Below are positions 9,857-17,834 of a stretch of DNA of 64,000 bases, piece by piece (positions within the stretch are counted from its first letter, which is position 1; the number at the start of each line of letters is the position of its first letter). The notes beneath the pieces were generated by a model, which did not search any database, was not told the DNA's origin, and worked only from the letters and a program-made list of their open reading frames with translations. The translations under genes were made by a program, and so were the position numbers. The stretch covers positions 153 through 64,152 of the forward strand of contig JBGPLG010000013.1 of NCBI GenBank assembly GCA_041486305.1, in the 5' to 3' direction. The DNA is from Gemmatimonadota bacterium. GTDB lineage: Bacteria; Gemmatimonadota; Gemmatimonadetes; Gemmatimonadales; GWC2-71-9.

Positions 9857-10932
9857 TGAATTCACGACTCCTCGCGCTCCTGATCCTCGCCGCCTGTTCC
9901 GGCGGCGGCACGCCCACGACCGTGGCCACCCCGCTGGCGACGCCGAAGGTCACCCCCGCCGAAGTGATGACGCTGCTCCGCAGCTTGTCGGATGATTCCC
10001 TGCGCGGCCGACTGACCGGCGCCCCGGGGGCGCGCAAGGCGGCCGAGATGATCGCGCGGGAGATGCGGCGCATGGGCCTCGAGCCCGCCGGCGACAGCGG
10101 CTACTTCCAGCGCGTGGCGCTCTATCGCGTCACCGATACCGCCGGGCGGGTCCGCGTGCGGGTCGCGCCCGGCTGGGCCGCGCTCGACACCATTCCGCCG
10201 GATCGGCGGGTCTGGGCCGTCAACGTGATCGGCCGCCTTCCGGGCAGCGACGCCTCGCTGGCCCGGGAGCACATCCTGGTCGACGCCCACTACGATCACA
10301 TCGGGGCAGTGGGAGATCCCGGAAACCGGTGTCACGCCGTCGGCGCGGACACCATCTGCAATGGCGCCGATGACGACGCCTCGGGCGTGGTGGCCACCCT
10401 CAAGATCGCCCAGGCGTTGCGGGGCGGGGCGCGTCCCCGCCGGACCGTCCTGTTCGCGGCGATGACCGGTGAGGAGCTCGGCCTCCTTGGCGCGCGGTGG
10501 TACGTCGAGCATCCGGCGCTCCCGCTCGCCGGGCTGGTGGCCAACCTGGAAATCGAGATGATCGGGAGACCCGATTCCCTCGCCGGCGGACCGGGAAGGG
10601 CCTGGCTGACCGGCTACGACAAGTCCACGATGGGGGACATGCTCGCCTCGGCGGGGATTCCGCTGGTGCCGGACCCGCGGCCCGACCAGCAGTTTTTCCA
10701 GCGGAGCGACAACTACGCCCTGGCCCAGCGGGGCGTGGTGGCCCACACCCTATCCAGCTTCAATCTCCACGGCGACTACCACCAGGCCACCGACGAAGCC
10801 TCGCGCGCCGACGCTACGCACATGGCCGCCGTGATCGATGCGGCGGTGCGCGCCGTTCGCGTCCTGGCGGATGGGCCCCGCGCGGCATGGAAGCCGTCGG
10901 GCCGACCCGAGCCGGCCCGGCCGCGCCCCTGA
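9856..10932 (+). CDS. M28 family metallopeptidase, lipoprotein
   Basis: LAAC lipobox; AHYDHIG, NGADDDASG, GEELGLLG, NLEIEMIG, RSDNY, YHQATD. Confidence 0.88.
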   Translation: MNSRLLALLILAACSGGGTPTTVATPLATPKVTPAEVMTLLRSLSDDSLRGRLTGAPGARKAAEMIAREMRRMGLEPAGDSGYFQRVALYRVTDTAGRVRVRVAPGWAALDTIPPDRRVWAVNVIGRLPGSDASLAREHILVDAHYDHIGAVGDPGNRCHAVGADTICNGADDDASGVVATLKIAQALRGGARPRRTVLFAAMTGEELGLLGARWYVEHPALPLAGLVANLEIEMIGRPDSLAGGPGRAWLTGYDKSTMGDMLASAGIPLVPDPRPDQQFFQRSDNYALAQRGVVAHTLSSFNLHGDYHQATDEASRADATHMAAVIDAAVRAVRVLADGPRAAWKPSGRPEPARPRP

Positions 10933-10933
10933 T

Positions 10934-11917
10934 TCAGCTTTTCGGGCCGAGGCTGTTGGGTGTCTTCGAGAGAATGGCGGCCAAGCGCAACGGGTCGATG
11001 TTGCCGCCCGAAACGATGCAGCAGATGGTGCCGCCGCCCGCCTTGCCGGACAGCGCCGTCGCGACGGAGACGGCGCCGGCGCCCTCGGCGACGACATGCA
11101 TCCGCTGCACCAGGGTCCGGATGGCGTCGGCCGTCTCCTCCAGCGAGACCACGGTCACGCCCTCGATCAGGCCCTTCACCATGGGCCACATCTCGGGCAG
11201 CAGGCCTGACGCACCGATTCCATCCACGAAGCTGGGCTGATAGGAGATCTGCTGGGGCGATCCCGCCTTCATCGAGGCGCTGAGCGGAGCCGCGGTCTCC
11301 ACTTCGCACGCGATCACCCGCGCACCCGGGCCGAGGTACTTGAGCGCGCTCGCGATCCCCGAGACCAGCCCTCCGCCGCCGAACGGCACCAGCACTTTCT
11401 CGACGTTGGGAAGGTCCTCGATGATCTCGGCGCCGATCGTCGCGTTGCCCGCCATGACCGCAAGGTCGGACACCGGATGAATGAAGCGCCCTTCCATCTT
11501 TTCATAGCTCCGCTCCAGCAGGACCCTCCACCACCGGACGAACGGCACCGGCACGATCCGCGCTCCCAGCCGGTCGAGGGCCGCGAGCTTCGCCTCCGGC
11601 GCGTGGTCCGGCACGATGGCGGTGAACGGGATGTTCCGGCTCCTGGCGCACCAGGCCAGCCCGAGCGCCATGTTCCCCGCGCTCGCGGTGTAGATCCCCT
11701 TGGCGAGCTCGGCCGGAGCGATCATGCCGATCGCGTTCCGGGCCCCCCGGATCTTGAATGACCCGACCGGCTGCAGTGTTTCCAGCTTGAGCCAGATATC
11801 GCGAGGCCCCTCGTAGGGAAGCCGCACCAGCGGGGTGCGAATCGCCGAATCCTTGATTCGCTCCCGGGCCTGCCGGATCGCCTCCAGGGGAATTCGATCT
11901 GGCATCGTGACCGTCAT
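10934..11917 (-). CDS. PLP-dependent threonine/serine dehydratase family protein
   Basis: KLETLQPVGSFKIRGA (PLP Lys), ASAGN, PFGGGGL, AEGAGA, SGGN. Confidence 0.9.
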   Translation of the reverse strand: MTVTMPDRIPLEAIRQARERIKDSAIRTPLVRLPYEGPRDIWLKLETLQPVGSFKIRGARNAIGMIAPAELAKGIYTASAGNMALGLAWCARSRNIPFTAIVPDHAPEAKLAALDRLGARIVPVPFVRWWRVLLERSYEKMEGRFIHPVSDLAVMAGNATIGAEIIEDLPNVEKVLVPFGGGGLVSGIASALKYLGPGARVIACEVETAAPLSASMKAGSPQQISYQPSFVDGIGASGLLPEMWPMVKGLIEGVTVVSLEETADAIRTLVQRMHVVAEGAGAVSVATALSGKAGGGTICCIVSGGNIDPLRLAAILSKTPNSLGPKS

Positions 11918-14478
11918 CGCCGGCGTCCTCCTCGGTGCGGGTTGGTGTGTCGGTGGCGGTGCGGATGCGCCTTGGCGGCGGAATGCTTGAGCAGGGCGGA
12001 CAGCTCCTCCAGCGAATCGGCGCGCAATAGCGGCTCCCCTCCCCGGACCACACCGAAGCGGAGTGGCCGGTCGAGCGACGGCAGGTCATGCCGAGCGAGA
12101 CGCCTCGCCTGTCCCTCCCGAAGTCGGAGCCGAACCACGCCGGAACCTCCCGCTACTTCGTACTCCAGCGGCACCGCATCGCCATGCAGCCGTACCATTG
12201 ACGGCAGGGCGTCGAGGCGGCGCCGATCCGATTCCGGAACCAGTGCTTCCGGGTCCAGGGAGAGCGGCGTGTCCAGAAACTCTTTCCAGGAGCGCACCCC
12301 GCCGAGCTGCGTGTTGAGCACCGCCCGGATTGCCGATTCGGACCCGGAATCCAATGTGCCACCGGAGCGGCGCCACCATTCCAGCAGCATGGTGGCCCCG
12401 CGGCGGATCCGGTTCTGGTCGGAATGGCCGGTGTCGCCGGCGAGCAGGGCGCCGATCAGCGCCGCGCGGGCGGGTTCGAGCAGGTCGTCGGGGATCCGTC
12501 CGCTCAGCGGCTCGATGCCGGTTTCCAGCTGGAAGCCGAAGTACTCCAGCGTTCGCGCCACGGCGAGCTGCTGGTGCTTCCGGGTGCCGGTAACGGTGAT
12601 CTCCGGGGGTCCCAGCGTCGCGTTGCGTCGCACCAGCTCATAGGAGATCGTGGTGCCCTCGACCGAGGCTCGTGGCACGCCGAACCGATCGGCAAAATAT
12701 CGAACGTTGCCGGCCACCGCCCCCCAGGTACCCGCCACGGAGGTCTTGGCCACCCGAACCTCCTGGCCGTCGGCGGTGTGCTCGTCGATGACCAGGTCGA
12801 ACGGCATCACCTTCGCCACCAGCTCGATGAAGGCCTGGCGCAGATCGCGATTGGCGTAAGGCAGGGTCCGCGGCAATGGCAGCTCGAGCGAGCGATACAC
12901 CGAAGCGGTGCCCATGGCGGCGTCTTCGATCGCCTTGACCAGCACCCCGCGCCGCTGGCCCCAGTCGGCCAGCGCCTCCTCGAAGACGTGACGCGGCAGC
13001 CCATAGGCTTCTCCCAGGGACCCGTGCTGGTTCACCGCCTCGGCGTACAGATTGTAGGCCGTCAGGTGATCGCTCCCCTGCACCAGGGCGCCGTGGAGCT
13101 CGCGCTCCTCCCGCGTCATCCGGTGCAGGGAGTCGATGTTGGAGCACACCGCCGCGATCGGGATCACGCGCTCGTCCGCCTTCACCAGCAGCTCGGCCCA
13201 GGGCCGGTCCACCGGCATCGCCTCCACTTCGCGGCCGTAGTCGGTGAGGCGGCCGCGGGCCACCAGCCCCCGAGTCGTCAGCAGCTCCAGCGCGCGGCGG
13301 TAGGCCACCTTGTCGAGCGGTACCGGCAGGTCGAGATCCCGCGCGTCCACCCCGAGCGCGGCGCAGGTCAGCGCTACGCGTTCCGCGTCTCCCGCCAGCT
13401 GGAATTCCGGCGGCGTCGGGCGAAGGGATTCGAAGTCGAGCTGCCGGTCCGAGAGGATGGTAACTTCGCCGTTAGGCACCCGCCCATGCACCCGTCCCGC
13501 CATCTGCAGGATCTCGTTGGCGCCGAGGTAGAGGCGGTGGAGGACGTTCCGACCGCGATCCACCCGGTTCCCGTATCGCGCGTCGTAGATCACCACCGTG
13601 TCGAGACCGGGAATGTTGAGCGCCGACTGCCCTGCCGCGGTCATCGCGAGGAGGAACGGCTTCGGTACCGAACCTTCGAGAAACGGGCGGATCACCCGGA
13701 TCGGTTCCCCGCCGTGATAGAACGCCGCCGAAAGCTTGGGCCACTGATCACCCAGCTCGGCGGCCAGCCGCTCGACCTCGGCGCGGGTGGGAACGAACAC
13801 CGCAACGCCGCGACGCTCCTTGATCAGGTGCCGGACGAAACGATCGTCGAGGAATTCTTCCACGTCCTTGGCCACGACGGTCACCTGGGCCCGGAGCTTC
13901 GGGTCGAAGGCGCTGGTTTCCAGGATCTCGGCGCTGTTGAGGTACTTCGCGTAAAAGGTCGGGTCGACCGTGGCGGAGAGCCAGATGAACCGGCAGCCGG
14001 TGCGCTTTCCCAAAGCCAGGCAGAGCTCCAGCTCGGCGGAGGTCTGGTGGATCTCGTCCACCACCAGGGTGTCCCGATCGCTGATGAGATCGTCCTGGAA
14101 CCAGCGCCGCGCGATGCCGGTCGTGACGATGACGACGTTCCAGGACGGGGTCTCCGGTGTGGCTTCCCGCTCACGATTGACGACCCCGTAGCGAAGGGTC
14201 TCCTGGAGGATGGCCTGCGCAATGGGACGGATGCCGAGTGTCTTTCCCGTCCCGGTGCCAGCCACGATGCCGAACGCTTTGCCGCCCGCCGCCCACTCCC
14301 ATACCAAGGGGCCATGCTTCCGCTGGAGCAGGGTCTCGATCTCGGTGCCCAGCGCCAACTCGATGGTTTCGCAGGCCGCCCGGGTGGGCGCGATGACGAT
14401 GATCCGGCCGCGGGGATGTTTGGCTTTCCGGTAGGCGACCGGATCGAGGGGGAGATGGTGGTTGCGGGCCGGGTGCAT
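11914..14478 (-). CDS. DExH-box SF2 helicase, HrpA/HrpB-like, with an unusual motif order
   Basis: AGTGTGKT, DEIH, SAT, VFVPTR, TAAGQSALNIPG, QMAGRVHGR; HrpB-like C-terminus. Confidence 0.8.
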   Translation of the reverse strand: MHPARNHHLPLDPVAYRKAKHPRGRIIVIAPTRAACETIELALGTEIETLLQRKHGPLVWEWAAGGKAFGIVAGTGTGKTLGIRPIAQAILQETLRYGVVNREREATPETPSWNVVIVTTGIARRWFQDDLISDRDTLVVDEIHQTSAELELCLALGKRTGCRFIWLSATVDPTFYAKYLNSAEILETSAFDPKLRAQVTVVAKDVEEFLDDRFVRHLIKERRGVAVFVPTRAEVERLAAELGDQWPKLSAAFYHGGEPIRVIRPFLEGSVPKPFLLAMTAAGQSALNIPGLDTVVIYDARYGNRVDRGRNVLHRLYLGANEILQMAGRVHGRVPNGEVTILSDRQLDFESLRPTPPEFQLAGDAERVALTCAALGVDARDLDLPVPLDKVAYRRALELLTTRGLVARGRLTDYGREVEAMPVDRPWAELLVKADERVIPIAAVCSNIDSLHRMTREERELHGALVQGSDHLTAYNLYAEAVNQHGSLGEAYGLPRHVFEEALADWGQRRGVLVKAIEDAAMGTASVYRSLELPLPRTLPYANRDLRQAFIELVAKVMPFDLVIDEHTADGQEVRVAKTSVAGTWGAVAGNVRYFADRFGVPRASVEGTTISYELVRRNATLGPPEITVTGTRKHQQLAVARTLEYFGFQLETGIEPLSGRIPDDLLEPARAALIGALLAGDTGHSDQNRIRRGATMLLEWWRRSGGTLDSGSESAIRAVLNTQLGGVRSWKEFLDTPLSLDPEALVPESDRRRLDALPSMVRLHGDAVPLEYEVAGGSGVVRLRLREGQARRLARHDLPSLDRPLRFGVVRGGEPLLRADSLEELSALLKHSAAKAHPHRHRHTNPHRGGRRR

Positions 14479-14499
14479 GGGGTGGGCTAAAGCTAACCC

Positions 14500-14534
14500 G
14501 AAAAACGAACGGCCCCGTCAATTGGCGGGGCCGT
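14500..14534 (-). terminator. Intrinsic terminator candidate downstream of the RD-rich protein gene
   Basis: ACGGCCCCG (14509-17)/CGGGGCCGT (14526-34) stem, followed on the minus strand by TCGTTTTTC. Confidence 0.6.
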
Positions 14535-14627
14535 CCGACCCAGGCGGGGAGCCGTGGGTCTCATGGTGGGGCCGGGAAAGCGGAGCCAGAGAGGCTCAAA
14601 GGAAGGACGGCCCCACCCTTTTCGTGC

Positions 14628-15236
14628 TTACGGATTGCCGTGGTGACCTCGGCCATTGTCGTGCCCGTTGTCCCGACGGTTGTCCCTGCCATCCCGGTTG
14701 TCGCGCCGGTCGTCTCGACCGTCCCGGCGATTGTCGCGCCGGTCGTCCCGTCGGTCTTCACGCCGATTGTTGTTGAAGCGGCGGTCATCGCGCGGGTCAT
14801 ACCGGGGCCGCTCGTACCGCTGGTCATACCGGGGCACCTGATAGCGCGGCTGACTGTACCCATACCCGTACCCCGGGAAATCGTAGCCGTCGTCCTCGAG
14901 CCGGTAGTAGCGGCCGTCGCGCTCGAAGAGCCTGATTTCCAGGAGGCCAGGGCGGAACCGGTCGAAGTAGTAGCTGTCGTCGTCCCGATCCCAGAACACC
15001 ACGACCAGCCGGCTGCCCCGCTGGAACGAGCGCCACCAGTCATCCCGGCGGTAGTCGCGCGACCGCACCCACTCCACCCCCCGAATCGGGCGAGGGCGTC
15101 CACCTATGGAGATCCGGCCGGCGATCGGGCCCCCGCCGATGATGATATCCGCGCTGACCCGTTGAGCCTGCGCGGGCATGGCGGTAAAGAGCGGAAGCAG
15201 CAGTCCGAGGCCGAGTACTGAATTTCGAGCGTTCAC
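14628..15236 (-). CDS. Secreted hypothetical protein with an Arg/Asp-rich low-complexity repeat tail
   Basis: GTG 15236 preceded by GGAGG; signal peptide ending AQA; DRRDDRRDNRRD repeats. Confidence 0.7.
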   Translation of the reverse strand: MNARNSVLGLGLLLPLFTAMPAQAQRVSADIIIGGGPIAGRISIGGRPRPIRGVEWVRSRDYRRDDWWRSFQRGSRLVVVFWDRDDDSYYFDRFRPGLLEIRLFERDGRYYRLEDDGYDFPGYGYGYSQPRYQVPRYDQRYERPRYDPRDDRRFNNNRREDRRDDRRDNRRDGRDDRRDNRDGRDNRRDNGHDNGRGHHGNP

Positions 15237-15282
15237 GATGTCCTCCACGAAGAATGCAGCGCCTTCCTGCCCTGACCCCCGA

Positions 15283-15298
15283 AGCGAGCGCCGTGCCA
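15283..15298 (-). promoter_or_regulatory. Sigma-54 (-24/-12) promoter candidate
   Basis: Minus strand TGGCACGGCGCTCGCT versus consensus TGGCACG-N4-TTGCW, one mismatch; about 47 bp upstream of GTG 15236. Confidence 0.65.
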
Positions 15299-15446
15299 AT
15301 TCGTATCTTCTTATGCCGCAACGCAAACGCGTCGGGGCCCGCCCGGGAGTGTCCTCAAGCCGGGACACCCGGAGGGTCGGTTGAGACACCGGCCGACAGC
15401 CCGGCTATATTCGGCCCCTTGGCTTTCACCCGTGCGGAAGGCTTCG

Positions 15447-15947
15447 GTGTCACAGGGATTCAAGGTGTCGGTCTCCAAGGAGTACCTTGGCTTCTCGTCG
15501 GCGCACTTCATCACGCTGGCGGGTCACCAGTGCGAGTCCCTCCACGGCCACAATTACAGAGTCGGGCTGACGGTAGAGGGGGGAGTCGACCCGGAGTGCG
15601 CCTTCGTGGTGGACTTTGCGGTGCTCAAGCGGATTGTCCGGCCCTACGTCCATGCGGTGGATCACCGGGTGCTGTTACCCACCCTGAATCCCAAACTGGT
15701 CCTGACCACCGAAGGCGACCGGATGCTGGTGGAGTACCAGGGAACCCCTCGCTTTGTATTTCCGCTGTCCAACTGCGCCCTGATTCCGATCACCAATACG
15801 ACGGCGGAAATGATCGCGGAATACCTGGCGCGTCGACTGCGGGACGACCTCCGAGAGGAGGGCCTCCCGCACCTGGATGCGATCGAGGTGGAGGTCGAGG
15901 AAAGCGTGGGTCAGGCGGGGTACTTCAGACTGGGGATGAGCGAGTAG
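15447..15947 (+). CDS. queD: 6-carboxy-5,6,7,8-tetrahydropterin synthase / PTPS family
   Basis: FSSAHF, CESLHGHNY, VDFAVLK, VDHRVLLP, TTAEMIA, VEVEES; start taken at GTG 15447. Confidence 0.85.
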   Translation: MSQGFKVSVSKEYLGFSSAHFITLAGHQCESLHGHNYRVGLTVEGGVDPECAFVVDFAVLKRIVRPYVHAVDHRVLLPTLNPKLVLTTEGDRMLVEYQGTPRFVFPLSNCALIPITNTTAEMIAEYLARRLRDDLREEGLPHLDAIEVEVEESVGQAGYFRLGMSE

Positions 15948-15973
15948 CCCTCCTTCCTGCTCGCTGTTCGTTG

Positions 15974-16321
15974 CTAGCTGACCAACGGCTTCTTGGGTCC
16001 CACCAGGCTAGAATCCCGTCCGGGCTGCCAGGTGACCTGCTTCTCGATCAGTGCCGCTACCTCGAAGTCCTTGGTCGTAATTCCACCCGCGCTGTGGGTG
16101 GAGAGCGCGACGCCTACGCAAGGCCAGGTGACGGTCAGGTCCGCGTGGTGATCCGCCGCCTCGCAGATGAACCCGATGGCGTTCGCCACCAGCATAGACC
16201 CGCGCCAGCCGTCAGTCTTGTAGGTGCGCCGAATCGCCCCGTTTTCGAAGGCCCAGGCCGGTAGCGCCTTGAGCCGCGCCTGGATCTCGGATGGAGCAAG
16301 CGCCTGTTCCTTTTCCGGCAT
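15974..16321 (-). CDS. phhB: Pterin-4-alpha-carbinolamine dehydratase
   Basis: EAADHHADL, LSTHSAGGITTKDFEVA. Confidence 0.88.
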   Translation of the reverse strand: MPEKEQALAPSEIQARLKALPAWAFENGAIRRTYKTDGWRGSMLVANAIGFICEAADHHADLTVTWPCVGVALSTHSAGGITTKDFEVAALIEKQVTWQPGRDSSLVGPKKPLVS

Positions 16322-16330
16322 GACCCCTCC

Positions 16331-16370
16331 TAGCCTCTTAGCGTCTGAGCGTCTGAGCGTCTGAGCGTCT
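16331..16370 (+). repeat. Five-unit 8-mer tandem array TAGCCTCT/TAGCGTCT/(GAGCGTCT)x3 between the pfkA stop and the phhB RBS
   Basis: Read directly; CTCCTAGCCTCTTA (16327-40) is identical to 9797-9810. Confidence 0.92.
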
Positions 16371-17505
16371 AGTCTCCCAGGCTGATCCCCAGATTGCGAG
16401 CGGTCATGATGATTCCGCTGTCCAGCGGGACCAGCTTCGGCTGCCCGATGATCTGGATCAGGGGCACTCGGCTCACGGTGGGCGGCGTGTACACGACGCA
16501 GGAGCCGAAATCACCCGCGGCGATGGCGCGCACCGCGCCCGAACCGAATCGCAGCGCCAGGAGTCGATCGAAGGTGGTCGGAGAGCCGCCCCGCTGCAGG
16601 TGCCCGAGCACCAGGCACCGGGTTTCCTTACCGGTCCGTTCCCCAACGGCCTTCGCGACTTCCTCCCCGATGCCCCCCAGCCGCTCGGCTCGACCGCCGC
16701 CGGCCCGCTGGCGCAACACGATCTGTCCTCCGGCCGGCCGCGCGCCTTCGGCCGCCACGACGATCGAGAATCGGCGACCCCGCTGCTCCCGTTCGATGAT
16801 CTTCTGGCACACCTTGTCGATGTGGAAGGGGATTTCGGGTATCAGGATGACATCCGCGCTGCCCGACAATCCGCTGTGCAGCGCGATCCAGCCGGCATAG
16901 CGTCCCATCAGCTCCACCACGAACACCCGATCGTGGCTCTCGGCCGTGGTGTGAATCTTGTCCAGCGCGTCGGTCGCGGTGCTTACGGCCGTGTCGAATC
17001 CGAACGTTGATTCGGTGCCCGCCACGTCGTTGTCGATGGTCTTGGGGACGCCGACCACCGGGATGCCCTTCTCGAACAACCGATGGGCGATCCCGAGGCT
17101 GCCGTCGCCGCCGATGGCCACCAGCGCATTGAAGCCGTGAGCCCGGAACGCCGCGATGAGCTCGTCGGACCGGTCTTCCTCGGCGATGATCCCGTCCGGC
17201 TGGAGCCGGGGCCACTCAAAGGGATTGCCGTAGTTGGTGGTACCCAGGATGGTGCCGCCCAGATGGGTAATGCCCCGCACTTCGCGCGGCCCCAGAGGTA
17301 TCAGCCCCAGGTCGGGCTCGCCCGGAATCATCGGGATGGGACGATTGTCTTTGCGGTAGCGATCCTCGGGGGGGAACAGACCGTCATACCCTCGGCTGAT
17401 GCCGTAGGTCTCCCAGCCCCGTTGATGCGCCGACAGCACTACCGCGCGAATGACGGCATTGAGTCCCGGCGCGTCGCCGCCGCCGGTCGAAATTGCGATC
17501 TTCAT
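16369..17505 (-). CDS. pfkA: 6-phosphofructokinase (PfkA family, group III-like)
   Basis: GGGDAPGLNAVIR, GGTILGT, GGDGS, PKTIDND, ELMGR, GHLQRGG. Confidence 0.93.
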   Translation of the reverse strand: MKIAISTGGGDAPGLNAVIRAVVLSAHQRGWETYGISRGYDGLFPPEDRYRKDNRPIPMIPGEPDLGLIPLGPREVRGITHLGGTILGTTNYGNPFEWPRLQPDGIIAEEDRSDELIAAFRAHGFNALVAIGGDGSLGIAHRLFEKGIPVVGVPKTIDNDVAGTESTFGFDTAVSTATDALDKIHTTAESHDRVFVVELMGRYAGWIALHSGLSGSADVILIPEIPFHIDKVCQKIIEREQRGRRFSIVVAAEGARPAGGQIVLRQRAGGGRAERLGGIGEEVAKAVGERTGKETRCLVLGHLQRGGSPTTFDRLLALRFGSGAVRAIAAGDFGSCVVYTPPTVSRVPLIQIIGQPKLVPLDSGIIMTARNLGISLGD

Positions 17506-17515
17506 TCGATCCTTT

Positions 17516-17746
17516 TTAGGTCCGGAGGGCCCGGATCAGGCTGACGACCTCGCCCGGATTGGCATGCCGGCCCAGCTGTTTCTTGGAAAAGACCGCCGTA
17601 CCGTCCACCGTAACCTCGAATACCCCCCCCGAGGCCGGGATCAGCGTGATTCTTGCGTCCCTGAATTCCTGCTCGAGCTCCGCCGCCAGACCGGCGGCGC
17701 GACGCTCATAGTTTCAAACCACGCAGTACTGAATGCTGATCTGCAT
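17516..17746 (-). CDS. SelW/SelT/SelH (Rdx) family selenoprotein, 76 aa, Sec at codon 11 (TGA 17716-17714)
   Basis: Hand translation MQISIQYCVVUNYERRAAGLAAELEQEFRDARITLIPASGGVFEVTVDGTAVFSKKQLGRHANPGEVVSLIRALRT; CxxU, GGxFEV and FSK are Rdx hallmarks; absent from the ORF track. Confidence 0.9.
17681..17699 (-). promoter_or_regulatory. Bacterial SECIS element candidate
   Basis: mRNA stem CGCCGCC / loop GGUCU / GGCGGCG; the loop starts 22 nt after the UGA. Confidence 0.75.
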
Positions 17747-17834
17747 CGATTCACCGGGTTAGTGTGTGCAACCAGTCGGGAGAATCCTGCTTCCGGAGCC
17801 CGACGATGGCAAGGGACCCAATTAAGATGAAACT

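Noticed and set aside
15300-15446. preQ1 riboswitch upstream of queD
   Set aside because: No recognisable preQ1 aptamer or A-rich tail
17623-17630. C8/G8 homopolymer as a phase-variation tract in the selenoprotein gene
   Set aside because: It encodes the family-typical S-G-G-V segment in frame; nothing indicates slippage
17450-17830. Plus-strand 126-aa ORF over the selenoprotein locus
   Set aside because: It is the antisense shadow of the Rdx gene and has no motifs of its own
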